Shown piece by piece: positions 11,701 through 21,120 of a DNA stretch of 64,000 bases (positions are counted from its first letter, which is position 1; the number at the start of each line of letters is the position of its first letter). Both the position numbers and the translations under genes were made by a program. The DNA is taken from assembly GCA_963720545.1 (NCBI GenBank), contig OY970399.1, positions 3,808,001-3,872,000 of the forward strand, in the 5' to 3' direction. Source of the DNA: an uncultured Acidobacteriota bacterium (GTDB lineage: Bacteria; Acidobacteriota; Vicinamibacteria; Fen-336). Under the pieces are notes generated by a model. The model did no database searches. It was given only the letters and a program-made list of their open reading frames with translations, and was not told where the DNA came from.

Positions 11701-14648
11701 CGTTCCAGCCCGGGCTCAACGCCATGTGCACGGCATACGTCCTGCAAGGGCTCGCGGAGCTCGGCTGGTCGCCGCGCGCGGGCGAGGCGGTGGCCGCGGC
11801 GCCGTTGATGCAGCAGCTCGGCATCGCCGGGCGTCACGCGCGCCTGGTCGAGCGCATGCTGCAGATGCTCGGCGAAGACGGGGTGCTGTCGCGCAGCGAT
11901 GGCGGCTGGCGCGCGGCCGCCGCACCGCCGCCGCTCGCCGACGCCGCGGCATTGGCGCAGCAGCTATTCGAACGGTTCGAAGCGCACCGCGCCGAACTGG
12001 TGCTGACGCGCCGCTGCGCCGAGCAGCTCGCGGGCGTGCTGCGCGGCAGGGTCGATCCGCTGCAGCTGCTGTTCCCGGGCGGATCGCTCAGCGAAGCCGA
12101 GGATCTGTACCAGAACGCGCCGTCGTCGCGCTTCTACAACACGCTCGTGCAGACGATCCTGGGCCAGGCAGTCGCCGGCCGCACTGCCGGCGAGCGGCTG
12201 CGGATCCTGGAGATTGGCGGCGGCACCGGCGGCACCACGTCCTACGTCCTGCCGCACCTGCCGGCCGGACAGACGGAGTACACCTTCACCGACGTCTCAG
12301 CGCACTTCCTGCGCCAGGCGCAGCGCAAGTTCGCGGCGTTCCCGTTCGCCCGCTACCGCACCCTCGACATCGGCGCGGCACCCGAAGCGCAGGGTTTCGC
12401 GGCGGGCGAGTTCGACATTGTGATCGCGGCCAACGTCCTGCACGCCACCGCCGACCTGCGACGCACGCTCGCGCACGTGCGCGAGCTGCTGGCGCCGGGC
12501 GGCCTGATGGTCCTGCTCGAAGGCACTTCACCGCAGCGCTTCGGCGACCTGACGGTCGGCCTCACCGAAGGCTGGTGGTCGTTCACCGACACCGACCTGC
12601 GCGACTACGCCTTGCTGCCCCAGGCGCGCTGGTTCTCGTTGCTCGCGGAAGCGGGCTTCACCGACGCGGTCGCGACACCGCAGGGTGCACAGGCCACTGG
12701 CCTGCTGTCGCAGCAATCGATTTTCCTCGCCCGCCGGCCGGCCGCATTGGCCGCCGCGGCGCGGCCCGATCACTGGCTGATCCTTGCCGACGAAGGCGGC
12801 ATCGGCGCGGCGGTCGCTGCGGGTCTCGACGCGGATGCGACGCTCGTCCTGCGCGGTGACCCTTATCAAGCGGCAGACGGCACACGGCTCGACCTGGGTG
12901 CACCCGCGGGCCTGCGCGCGCTGGTCGCCGATGTCGGGGCCGCGCGCCGGCCCGCGCATCTCGGCGTGCTGCACCTCTGGGCCGCCGACTCGCTTGCAGG
13001 CGACGACCCGACGGCTGAGCAGGTGGCGCAGGCCCAGGCGCGCGGCACGGCGAGCGCCTTGCACCTCGTGCAGGCGCTGGCCGCCGTGGCCCCGGCGCCC
13101 CGCACCCAGTTGTGGCTCGCCACGCGCGGCGCGCAGCCGGCGGCCGACGGCGAGCGCGTGGCGGTCGAGCAGTCGTCGCTCTGGGGGCTCGGCAGCGTGG
13201 TGGCGCTCGAGCTGCCGGAACTCTCGTGCAGCCGTGTCGACCTCGCTCCGCAGGAAACGGCGGCGCACGCGGCAGGAGCGCTGCTCGAGGAACTGCGGCA
13301 AGGCCGCGGTGACGAGGACCAGGTGGCGTGCCGCGGCGGGCGCCGCTACGCACGGCGGTTGCGGCGCGTCGCTGCGCCGTCGCGGCAGGCGCGTACCGCG
13401 TTTCGCGCGGATGCCACCTACCTCATTACCGGCGGATTGAGCGGCCTCGGGCTGCTGACGGCGGAGTGGCTGGTAGCGCACGGCGCCCGCAGCCTCACGC
13501 TGGTGTCGCGCCGCGGCGCCTCGCAGCAATCGGCGGCGGCGCTCGCGCGCATGGCCGCTGCAGGCGCGCGCATTGACGTGCACGCGCTCGACGTAGCCGA
13601 GACGGCCGGGGTCGCGGCGCTTGTGGCCGGCATCGAACGCACCGGCCCGCCGCTCGGCGGCATCTTCCACTGCGCGGGCGTGCTCGACGACGGCATGATC
13701 GTGCACCAGGACTGGCAGCGCTTCCGCACGGTGATGGCGGCGAAGGTCGATGGCGCATGGAACCTTCATCGGTGCACCCGGCACCTGCCGCTCGAACATT
13801 TCGTCCTGTTCTCTTCGGGCGGATCGCTGCTCGGCACCATGGGTCAGAGCAACCATGCGGCCGCCAACGCCTTCCTCGATGCGCTCGCACACGATCGGCG
13901 CGCCAGCGGACTTCCGGCCCTCAGCATCAACTGGGGCGCCTGGGCCGACGTTGGTTCGGTGGTGTCCCACGGCGTCGGCGCGCGGGTCGCGGTGCAAGGA
14001 CTCGGCCTCATACCGGTCGCGGCGGGGCTCGACATCCTCGACCGCCTGCTCGGCGACTCGCGGCCGCAGGTTGCGGTGGTGCCGGTCGATTGGCCGACGC
14101 TCATCAGGCAGTTCCCGGCGGGGCGGGTGCCGGCTTTTCTCAAGCGCCTGGCGGGCGAAGCGCCGGCGGCGGCTCCGGCTTCGGCAGCGCCGCTTGCGCA
14201 AACGGCAGCTCCGGCGCCGGCGCAGCGGCCGCTGAGAGACCGCCTGGCTGCGGCGCCGTCGGGGGAGCGGCGCACGCTGCTCAACGAGCACATCCGCCGC
14301 GAGGTCGGCCTGGTGCTGGGCCTCGACGGCGCCGATCTCGACGAGGCGCAGCCCCTGCAGCAACTTGGGCTCGACTCGCTGATGGCCGTCGAACTGCGCA
14401 ACCACCTGAGCGACAGCACGGAACAGCAGCTGCCAATCACTCTGCTGTTCGACCAGCCTTCGGTCGGCGCGCTCACCGGCTTCCTCGGCCGCGCCCTGGC
14501 ACTGGACGCCGAAGCGGCGCCCCCGGCGCCGTCGGCAGCCGCGCGGCCGCAGGTACGCGGAGCAAACGCCGCAGCGAGCATCGACCTCGACGATCTTTCC
14601 GAGGACGCCCTGGCGCGGCTGCTCGCCGAGAAATTGAAGCAGGCCTGA
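8781..14648 (+). CDS. Type I PKS module KS-AT-MT-KR-ACP
   Basis: ATG at 8781 overlaps the upstream TGA. KS DTACSSS; AT GHSVG/HAFH; no DH motif; MT ILEIGGGTGG; KR TGGLSGLG and GVLDDG; ACP GLDSL. Confidence 0.96.
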   Translation: MSDSLERLAKLSPKRLALLAAELQDRVAQLERRQAEPIAVVGMACRLPGGVTGLEEYWRLLAERVDAISEVPAERWDVDAYYDPDPDAPGKMSTRFGGFIEDVGRFDAHFFGISPREAVSMDPQHRLLLETSWEALEHAGLSADRLAGSTTGVFVGLCGGDYGQLMMERGERAIDAYLASGTAHSIAAGRVSYALGLHGPSVSIDTACSSSLVALHYACQSLRLGECSAALAGGVNLILAPEVTIALSKAHMMAPDGRCKTFDARADGFVRGEGCGIVVLKRLSDARAAGDRILAVVRGTAIGQDGRSNGLTAPNGVAQEAVIRAALANAALEPAQVSYVEAHGTGTSLGDPIEVRALAAALGPGRDPARPLLLGSVKANIGHLEAAAGVAAFIKVVLALQHRSIPGHPLLDKLNPHIEWERLPVSIPTATIEWPAASRPRRAGVSSFGFSGTNAHLILEEAEAEAPAPQPAPTAVARVPQLVPLSAKTAPALTALLARYAAHLESPAGAALALADIAHTTAAGRAHFHHRAAVVATDAGQLRQRLADGPGVVRGVVAEGYVPEIGFLFTGQGAQRVGMGRELYDSHPLVRRLLDECQRLLSARLPRPLLEVMFGGDQAALDDTTYAQPALFALEYALAALWRSLGVVPAVLLGHSVGELAAACVASVMSLEDGLELVAERGRLMGQLPRDGAMAAIFAGAVDVAAAVSSQQGRIAIAAHNGPRHVVVSGDTAAVAALVARMEAAGVKARALQVSHAFHSPLMEPMLPAFTVAAGGKAFHTPQIRIVANVTGELMTEAPDAAYWTRHVRAAVQFERAVGAACGLGIDTWIEIGPAPVLLALGRACLAEQRGRWLPSLQPGRGDWQQFLDSAAALYAAGADLDWERFARERGGTGSRVALPSYPFQRQHFWIEQARRAPAAAAQPFADWLYDVDWEPLPRAGEAAAAFATGPLVASAAAEVPALAERFAVSAYDTFQPGLNAMCTAYVLQGLAELGWSPRAGEAVAAAPLMQQLGIAGRHARLVERMLQMLGEDGVLSRSDGGWRAAAAPPPLADAAALAQQLFERFEAHRAELVLTRRCAEQLAGVLRGRVDPLQLLFPGGSLSEAEDLYQNAPSSRFYNTLVQTILGQAVAGRTAGERLRILEIGGGTGGTTSYVLPHLPAGQTEYTFTDVSAHFLRQAQRKFAAFPFARYRTLDIGAAPEAQGFAAGEFDIVIAANVLHATADLRRTLAHVRELLAPGGLMVLLEGTSPQRFGDLTVGLTEGWWSFTDTDLRDYALLPQARWFSLLAEAGFTDAVATPQGAQATGLLSQQSIFLARRPAALAAAARPDHWLILADEGGIGAAVAAGLDADATLVLRGDPYQAADGTRLDLGAPAGLRALVADVGAARRPAHLGVLHLWAADSLAGDDPTAEQVAQAQARGTASALHLVQALAAVAPAPRTQLWLATRGAQPAADGERVAVEQSSLWGLGSVVALELPELSCSRVDLAPQETAAHAAGALLEELRQGRGDEDQVACRGGRRYARRLRRVAAPSRQARTAFRADATYLITGGLSGLGLLTAEWLVAHGARSLTLVSRRGASQQSAAALARMAAAGARIDVHALDVAETAGVAALVAGIERTGPPLGGIFHCAGVLDDGMIVHQDWQRFRTVMAAKVDGAWNLHRCTRHLPLEHFVLFSSGGSLLGTMGQSNHAAANAFLDALAHDRRASGLPALSINWGAWADVGSVVSHGVGARVAVQGLGLIPVAAGLDILDRLLGDSRPQVAVVPVDWPTLIRQFPAGRVPAFLKRLAGEAPAAAPASAAPLAQTAAPAPAQRPLRDRLAAAPSGERRTLLNEHIRREVGLVLGLDGADLDEAQPLQQLGLDSLMAVELRNHLSDSTEQQLPITLLFDQPSVGALTGFLGRALALDAEAAPPAPSAAARPQVRGANAAASIDLDDLSEDALARLLAEKLKQA

Positions 14649-14667
14649 TGCGAAGGGAGAGCGCAGC

Positions 14668-17600
14668 ATGAGCGACGAGACAGGATCGGCGGCGCGGCGC
14701 GCGCTGTTGCAGGAGGCGCTTGCCCGCCTCGACGAGCTGCAGGGCAAGCTGGCTGCCAGCGAACGCAGCCGCCGCGAACCGATCGCGATCGTCGGCCTCG
14801 GCTGCCGCTTCCCGGCGGGCGGCAACGATCCGGCTGCGTTCTGGCAGGTGCTGCGCGACGGCGTCGACGGCGTGAGCGAGGTGCCGCCCGAGCGCTGGAG
14901 CCTCGACGAGTTCTACGATCCCGACCCGGATGCGCCGGGCAAGACGTACACACGCTTCAGCGCCTTCCTCGACCACATGCCGGACCGCTTCGACGCAGCC
15001 TTCTTCGGCATCAGCCCGCGGGAGGCGAGCGGCATGGATCCCCAGCACCGGCTGTTGCTCGAAGTCGCCTGGGAGTCGCTCGAGAACGCGGGCATAGCAC
15101 CCACAGACCTGGCCGGCACCGATGCCTCGGTCTTCCTCGGCATCGCCTCCATCGACTACGCGGCGATGCAGGGGCGCATCGGCGGCGTCGAGATGCTGGA
15201 CACGTATCACGCCTCGGGCGTTGCTCACGCCATCGCCGCGGGCCGGATCTCGTACACGCTCGGTTTGCAGGGACCCTGCCTCGCGGTAGACACAGCGTGC
15301 TCGTCGGCGATGGTCGCGATCCATCTCGCGGTCCAGAACCTGCGCGCCGGCACCACCGGCCTCGCGATTGCCGGCGGCATCAACCTGGTCCTGGGCCCCG
15401 AGGGCGCAATCCTCACCTCGCGTGCCCGGATGCTCTCGGTGGACGGCCATTGCAAGACTTTCGACGCCGCCGCCGACGGCTATGTCCGCGGCGAGGGCTG
15501 CGGATTGGTGGTGCTGAAGCGGCTCAGCGACGCGCTGGCCGCCGGGGACGACATCCGCGCCGTGATTCGTGGCTCGGCGATCAACCAGGACGGCCGCAGC
15601 GCCGGGCTCACGGCGCCGCATGGCCCCTCGCAGGAGGCGGTGATTCGCGCCGCCCTCGATGACGCCGGCGTCACCCCCGGGGAGGTGAGCTACGTCGAGG
15701 CGCACGGCACCGGTACCTCGCTCGGCGACCCGATCGAGGTCAAGGCGCTCGGCGCCGTCTTCGGCCCTTCGCACTCGGCGGCGCAGCCGCTGATCGTGGG
15801 CGGGTCCAAGAGCAACATCGGCCACCTCGAAGCCGCCGCCGGCGCCGCCGGGCTCGCGAAGGTGCTGCTGATGCTGCAACACGGCGAGGTTCCGCCGAAC
15901 CTCAACTTCCGCAACCCGAACCCGCTGATACCGTGGGCTGAGCTGCCGATCCGGGTTCCGACGCAGGTGCTGCCCTGGGTACGCGGCGCTGCGCCGCGCA
16001 TCGCCGGCATCAGCGCCTTCGGCTTCAGCGGCACCAACGCACACATGGTGGTCGAGGAGGCGCCGGCGCGCGCGATAGTGCCTGCGGCCGCCGTCCGGCC
16101 TGCGGCGGATGCCGCGCACCCCCAGCTGCTGACGCTCTCGGCCCGCGACCAGACGGCGCTACGCGAGCTTGCCGGCCGCTTCGCCGCCGCAGTGCAGTCC
16201 GATCCTGCGCCGTCCCTGGCCGACGTCTGTTTCACGGCCAACACCGGCCGCGCGCAATTCGCGCACCGGCTTGCCGTCAGTGCCGCGACTCCCGCCGAAC
16301 TCGCGCAAAGGCTCGCCGCTTTCGCCGCCGGCCAGCAGGCGCCCGGCGTCGTGCATGGCCATGCACCGCCGAAGAAACCGCGGATCGCGTTCCTCTTCAC
16401 CGGCCAGGGCTCGCAATACGCCGGTATGGGCCGCGGCCTGTATGCGTCCCAGCCGGCCTTTCGCGAGGCGCTCGACCGCTGCGCGGCCGTGCTCGACGAG
16501 GAACTCGGGCGGCCGCTGCTGCCGCTCCTCTTCGACGACGGCACAGCCCTCAACCAGACCGCCTTCACCCAGCCCGCGCTCTTCGCCCTCGAATACTCGC
16601 TCGCCGCCATGTGGCGTTCGTGGGGGATCGAGCCTGGCGCGCTCGTGGGACACAGCGTCGGCGAGTACGTCGCCGCGTGTGTGGCCTCGGTGTTCAGCCT
16701 TGAAGACGGCCTGCGGCTGATCGCGGCGCGCGGCCGCCTGATGCAGGCGCTGCCCCCGGGCGGCACCATGCTGGCCGTGATGTCGGACGAAGCCACGGTC
16801 GCGGCGGCCATCGCGGCGCATGCTGCGTCGGTGTCGATAGCCGCCCTCAACGGGCCCGCGAACACCGTGATCGCGGGTGCCGCCGGCCCGGTTCAGGAGA
16901 TCGCGCAGGCGCTCGCGACGCGCGGCATCGAGACCAAGCCGCTCGTGGTGTCGCACGCTTTCCACTCGCCGCTCATGGAACCGATGCTCGACGAGTTCGA
17001 GAAGGTCGCGGCGCGCGTCGCCTACTCGGCCCCGCGCATGGTGGTGATCGCGAACGCCACCGGAGCGCCGGCGGCCGGCGGCGACCTGCAGACCGCCGGC
17101 TACTGGCGGCGCCACGTCCGCGGCGCGGTGCGCTTCGCCGATTCCATCGTCGCCCTGCGCGAGCAGGGTTATCGGCAATTCCTGGAGATCGGACCGAAAC
17201 CGACGCTCGCGGGCATGGCGCGCCAATGCTGGCCCGCCGACGGACCAGCCGCGTCCTGGCTGCCTTCGTTGCGCACCGGACGCAACGACTCCCAGCAGGT
17301 GATGGAAAGCCTTGCTGCGGCCTATGTGCAAGGCGCCAGCGTCGACTGGGCTGCGGTCGCCGGCAGCGAACACGGCCGTCGCATCGCCTTGCCGACCTAT
17401 CCGTTCCAGCGCACCCGCTACTGGTTCACCTTGCCGCCGTCGCGGCCGCGCACCGAAGCCGGTGCGCTTCACCCGCTGCTGACAAAGCGAATCCGCTCCG
17501 CGGCGCTCGCCGACACGGTTTTCGAGACGTCGCTCAGCGCCGAGTGGCCGGCATTCCTGCGCGACCACCTCATCCTCGACAACGTGATCTATCCGGCGAC

Positions 17601-20600
17601 CGGCTACATCGAGATGGCTCTCGCGGCGGCCCGCCAGCTCGGCGCCGGCCCGCATGCGCTCGAATCGTTCTCGATTCACGCACCGCTCATCCTGCCCGAG
17701 CGTTCGCAGGACGCCGTGGCTGTGCAACTCGTCGCCGCTGCCGCTGCCGGCGGCGCGACGGCGTTTCGGATCCTGAGTGCGCCGGGCGGGGACAAGGACG
17801 CGCCCTGGACCTTGCACGCAACCGGCACCTTGCGCTGCCTCGACCGGGCGCAGGCAGCGCCGCCGGCGCCGGCCGAGTGGCGCGCCGGCACGGCACGCGC
17901 GGCCGACGAGTACTACGAGCTGCTGCGCGAGCGCGGCGCCACCTACGGCCCGGCCTTTCGCGGCATCGCGCAGCTGGCGCGGGGTGACGGCGAGGCCTGG
18001 GCCAGGATTGAATTGCCCGCGGAGGCCGGCGAGCCCGGCGCCTACCTGCTGCACCCGGCGGCGCTCGATGCGGCCTTCCAGGTGATCGGCGCGGCGCTGC
18101 CGCCGGCGATAGAGGCCGCCCTGGGAGACGCGGTGTTCATGCCGGTGGACATGCGGCGGCTCGTCGCACTGGCGCCGTTGCCGCGGCAGTTCCAGGTCTA
18201 TGGCACCGTCGTGGCCGCGCCGGGCGGCGAGACGTTGAGTGCCGAACTCGCGCTGTTCGACACGAGCGGCGCACCGCTGGCGCTGGTGCAATCGGTCAGC
18301 CTGAAGCGCGCCTCGCGCAAGGCGCTGCTGGCGGCGCTGCAGCACGGCGAGCAGGACTGGTTCTATGAGCAGGCATGGCGTGCGCAGGCACTCGCTGCGG
18401 AAGCCCCGGCGCCGGCCGGATCCTGCCTGTTGCTTCTCGATGAACGCGGCCTCGGCGAACAGGTGGCCGAGTTGCTGGAGGGTTCCGGTGTTCGCTGTGC
18501 GCGGGTCGCCCGTGGCGACGATGTCGCAGCCGCGCTGGCTGCCGCGCAGCGCGGCACCGAGCCGCTGCGGGTGGTTTCGCTGCGAAGCCTCGATGCCGAT
18601 ACGCCGCTTGCGGCTTCGGTCGCGGCGCTCGACGTCGTGCAGGCGTTGACCACGGCCGGAGCTCCGCAGACGCGCCTCTTCATCGTGACGCGCGGCGCCC
18701 AGCCCGCAGCCGGCGGGGCCGCGTCGCTCGCACAGGCGCCGGTGTGGGGACTTGGCCGGGTCGCGGCGCAGGAGCATCCAGAGCTGCACACGGTGCTCTT
18801 CGACCTCGACCCGGCTGCGGAGCCGGGCGACGCCGCGTCCCTGGCCGCGGAGTTGACGGCGGGCAGCGGCGAATCGCAGGTGGCGCTGCGCCGCGGCGAA
18901 CGCCTGGTGGCGCGCCTGGTGCGCAGCCGCAGCCAGAGAAATGCGCCTCTGGAACCGTACCGTGCCGAGATCACGAGCCGCGGCGTGCTCGACAACCTGG
19001 TCTTGCGGCCGCTGGTGCGCACCGCGCTCGCCCCGGGCGAGGTCGAGGTGGAGGTGCAGGCCTCCGCGCTCAACTTCCGCGACGTCCTCAACGTGCTCGG
19101 CATGTATCCGGGCGATCCCGGTGCGCCCGGCACCGAATGCGCAGGGGTGGTGTCCGCGGTGGGCGAGGGCGTCAGCGTCCTGCAACCGGGGGACAGCGTC
19201 ATGGGCATAGCGGCCCACGCCTTCGACTCGCACGCGCTGGCGCGTGCCGAGCTGCTGGTGCGCAAGCCGGACGGCCTGACGTTCGCCGAGGCGGCGGGCG
19301 TGCCGATCGCGTTCCTGACGGCGCTCTACGGGTTGCAGAATCTCGCCGGCCTCAAGCCCGGCGCGCGTGTGCTGATCCACGCGGCCGCCGGCGGCGTCGG
19401 CCTGGCTGCCGTGCAGATCGCGCGCAAGCACGGTGCGGAGATCTTCGCGACCGCAGGCTCCGCAGAAAAACACGCCTACCTCAAGGACCTCGGCGTGCAG
19501 CACGTCATGAGCTCGCGCACGCTCGACTTCGCCGACGAGGTGCTGGCGCTCACCGGCGGCGCCGGCGTCGACATCGTCCTCAATGCGCTGGCGGACGACT
19601 TCATCCCGAAGAGCCTGTCGGCGCTCGCGGCGGACGGCTGTTTCCTCGAGATCGGCAAGCGTGGCATCTGGAGCGCGGAACAGGTCCGGGCCGTGCGCCC
19701 GAATGCACGATACTTTCCCTATGACCTTTCCGAGGTCTTGAGCAACGACGTGCCCCTGTGGCGCGCAATGCTCGAGTCGGTGCTTGCCGACCTGGAAAGC
19801 GGCGCGCTGCAGCCTCTGCCGGTGACGGCGTTCCCGGCCGCCGCCATCGTCGACGCGTTTCGTTTCATGGCGCAGGCGAAGCACATCGGCAAGGTGGTCG
19901 TCAGCCATCGCGCCATCGGCCCCCTGGTCCGCCCGGACGCGGGCTACCTGGTGACCGGAGGGCTGAGCGGCCTGGGCCTGGAGACGGCCGCCTGGCTGGT
20001 CGCGGAGGGTGCGCGGCACGTTGCGCTCGTCGCACGCAGCGCGCCGGGCGCGGCCGCGCAGGAGCCACTGGCGCAGATGCGTGCGGCCGGCGCGAACGTG
20101 CATGTGTTTGCCGCGGATATCTCGTCGGCAACCGAAGTCGCACGGGTCTTTGCGGAGGCGGCGGCCGCGATGCCCCCGCTGCGTGGGGTGGTGCACTCCG
20201 CCGGGGTGCTCGACGACGGCACCCTGCGCCAGCAGACCGCGGAGCGCTTCGCGACCGTCATGGCGACCAAGGTCGACGGCGCCTCACACCTCGACCACGA
20301 GACACGCGGCCTGCCGCTCGATTTCTTCGTGATGTTTTCCTCGGTCGCCGCCGTGTTCGGCGCTCCCGGACAAGGCAACTACGCCGCTGCCAACGCCTTC
20401 ATGGATGCGCTTGCGCACGCGCGCAGGGCGGCCGGCCGGTGTGCGCTCAGCATCAACTGGGGCGGCTGGGCCGAGGTCGGGATGGCCGCGCGGCTCGCGG
20501 CACGCGACCATCGCCAGCGGGAGCAGGCGGGCATCGACCTGATCACTCCGGAGCGCGGCATGCGCGCGTTTGCGCACGCCCTTGCGGGCGACGCGGCGCA

Positions 20601-21120
20601 GGTTGCCGTGCTGCCCATCGACTGGCCGGCGTTCCGGCAGCGCCTGGGCGACGCCGTGCCCGCGTTCTTTGCGGAACTGACCGCACAGCCGGCGCAGGCG
20701 GCGCAGGCTCCGGCGAGCGAGCGCAACCTGCGCCAGCGGCTGCAGGCCGCGGCGCCGGAGGAGGTGCTTGCGCTCATCACGGCCTTCGTCGCCGAGCAGG
20801 TCGCCCGGGTCTTCGGCATCGATCCGGGCCAGCCGCTCGATCGCCAGCAGCCGCTCGCGGATTTCGGTCTGGACTCGCTCATGTCGGTGGAACTGCGCAA
20901 CCGCCTGCAGGCGGGTTCCGGTAAAAGCCTGCCGACGACGCTCGCCTTCGACCATCCCACGATAGATGCGCTGGCCGCGTTTCTCGCGGCCTCGCTGCGC
21001 GAGGAAGCGCCGCCGGCCAGCGTCCCGCCCGCGGCCGCCATCGAGCAACAGGTCGAGAAGCTGTCGGACGACGAGGTCAGCGCGATGCTGAGCAAGCTGA
21101 TGGCCGCGCGCGAGGAATGA
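14668..21120 (+). CDS. Type I PKS module KS-AT-DH-ER-KR-ACP
   Basis: GGGAGA RBS before the ATG. KS DTACSSA; AT GHSVG/HAFH; DH DHLILDNVIYP and [36 protein letters not shown]. Confidence 0.96.
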   Translation: MSDETGSAARRALLQEALARLDELQGKLAASERSRREPIAIVGLGCRFPAGGNDPAAFWQVLRDGVDGVSEVPPERWSLDEFYDPDPDAPGKTYTRFSAFLDHMPDRFDAAFFGISPREASGMDPQHRLLLEVAWESLENAGIAPTDLAGTDASVFLGIASIDYAAMQGRIGGVEMLDTYHASGVAHAIAAGRISYTLGLQGPCLAVDTACSSAMVAIHLAVQNLRAGTTGLAIAGGINLVLGPEGAILTSRARMLSVDGHCKTFDAAADGYVRGEGCGLVVLKRLSDALAAGDDIRAVIRGSAINQDGRSAGLTAPHGPSQEAVIRAALDDAGVTPGEVSYVEAHGTGTSLGDPIEVKALGAVFGPSHSAAQPLIVGGSKSNIGHLEAAAGAAGLAKVLLMLQHGEVPPNLNFRNPNPLIPWAELPIRVPTQVLPWVRGAAPRIAGISAFGFSGTNAHMVVEEAPARAIVPAAAVRPAADAAHPQLLTLSARDQTALRELAGRFAAAVQSDPAPSLADVCFTANTGRAQFAHRLAVSAATPAELAQRLAAFAAGQQAPGVVHGHAPPKKPRIAFLFTGQGSQYAGMGRGLYASQPAFREALDRCAAVLDEELGRPLLPLLFDDGTALNQTAFTQPALFALEYSLAAMWRSWGIEPGALVGHSVGEYVAACVASVFSLEDGLRLIAARGRLMQALPPGGTMLAVMSDEATVAAAIAAHAASVSIAALNGPANTVIAGAAGPVQEIAQALATRGIETKPLVVSHAFHSPLMEPMLDEFEKVAARVAYSAPRMVVIANATGAPAAGGDLQTAGYWRRHVRGAVRFADSIVALREQGYRQFLEIGPKPTLAGMARQCWPADGPAASWLPSLRTGRNDSQQVMESLAAAYVQGASVDWAAVAGSEHGRRIALPTYPFQRTRYWFTLPPSRPRTEAGALHPLLTKRIRSAALADTVFETSLSAEWPAFLRDHLILDNVIYPATGYIEMALAAARQLGAGPHALESFSIHAPLILPERSQDAVAVQLVAAAAAGGATAFRILSAPGGDKDAPWTLHATGTLRCLDRAQAAPPAPAEWRAGTARAADEYYELLRERGATYGPAFRGIAQLARGDGEAWARIELPAEAGEPGAYLLHPAALDAAFQVIGAALPPAIEAALGDAVFMPVDMRRLVALAPLPRQFQVYGTVVAAPGGETLSAELALFDTSGAPLALVQSVSLKRASRKALLAALQHGEQDWFYEQAWRAQALAAEAPAPAGSCLLLLDERGLGEQVAELLEGSGVRCARVARGDDVAAALAAAQRGTEPLRVVSLRSLDADTPLAASVAALDVVQALTTAGAPQTRLFIVTRGAQPAAGGAASLAQAPVWGLGRVAAQEHPELHTVLFDLDPAAEPGDAASLAAELTAGSGESQVALRRGERLVARLVRSRSQRNAPLEPYRAEITSRGVLDNLVLRPLVRTALAPGEVEVEVQASALNFRDVLNVLGMYPGDPGAPGTECAGVVSAVGEGVSVLQPGDSVMGIAAHAFDSHALARAELLVRKPDGLTFAEAAGVPIAFLTALYGLQNLAGLKPGARVLIHAAAGGVGLAAVQIARKHGAEIFATAGSAEKHAYLKDLGVQHVMSSRTLDFADEVLALTGGAGVDIVLNALADDFIPKSLSALAADGCFLEIGKRGIWSAEQVRAVRPNARYFPYDLSEVLSNDVPLWRAMLESVLADLESGALQPLPVTAFPAAAIVDAFRFMAQAKHIGKVVVSHRAIGPLVRPDAGYLVTGGLSGLGLETAAWLVAEGARHVALVARSAPGAAAQEPLAQMRAAGANVHVFAADISSATEVARVFAEAAAAMPPLRGVVHSAGVLDDGTLRQQTAERFATVMATKVDGASHLDHETRGLPLDFFVMFSSVAAVFGAPGQGNYAAANAFMDALAHARRAAGRCALSINWGGWAEVGMAARLAARDHRQREQAGIDLITPERGMRAFAHALAGDAAQVAVLPIDWPAFRQRLGDAVPAFFAELTAQPAQAAQAPASERNLRQRLQAAAPEEVLALITAFVAEQVARVFGIDPGQPLDRQQPLADFGLDSLMSVELRNRLQAGSGKSLPTTLAFDHPTIDALAAFLAASLREEAPPASVPPAAAIEQQVEKLSDDEVSAMLSKLMAAREE

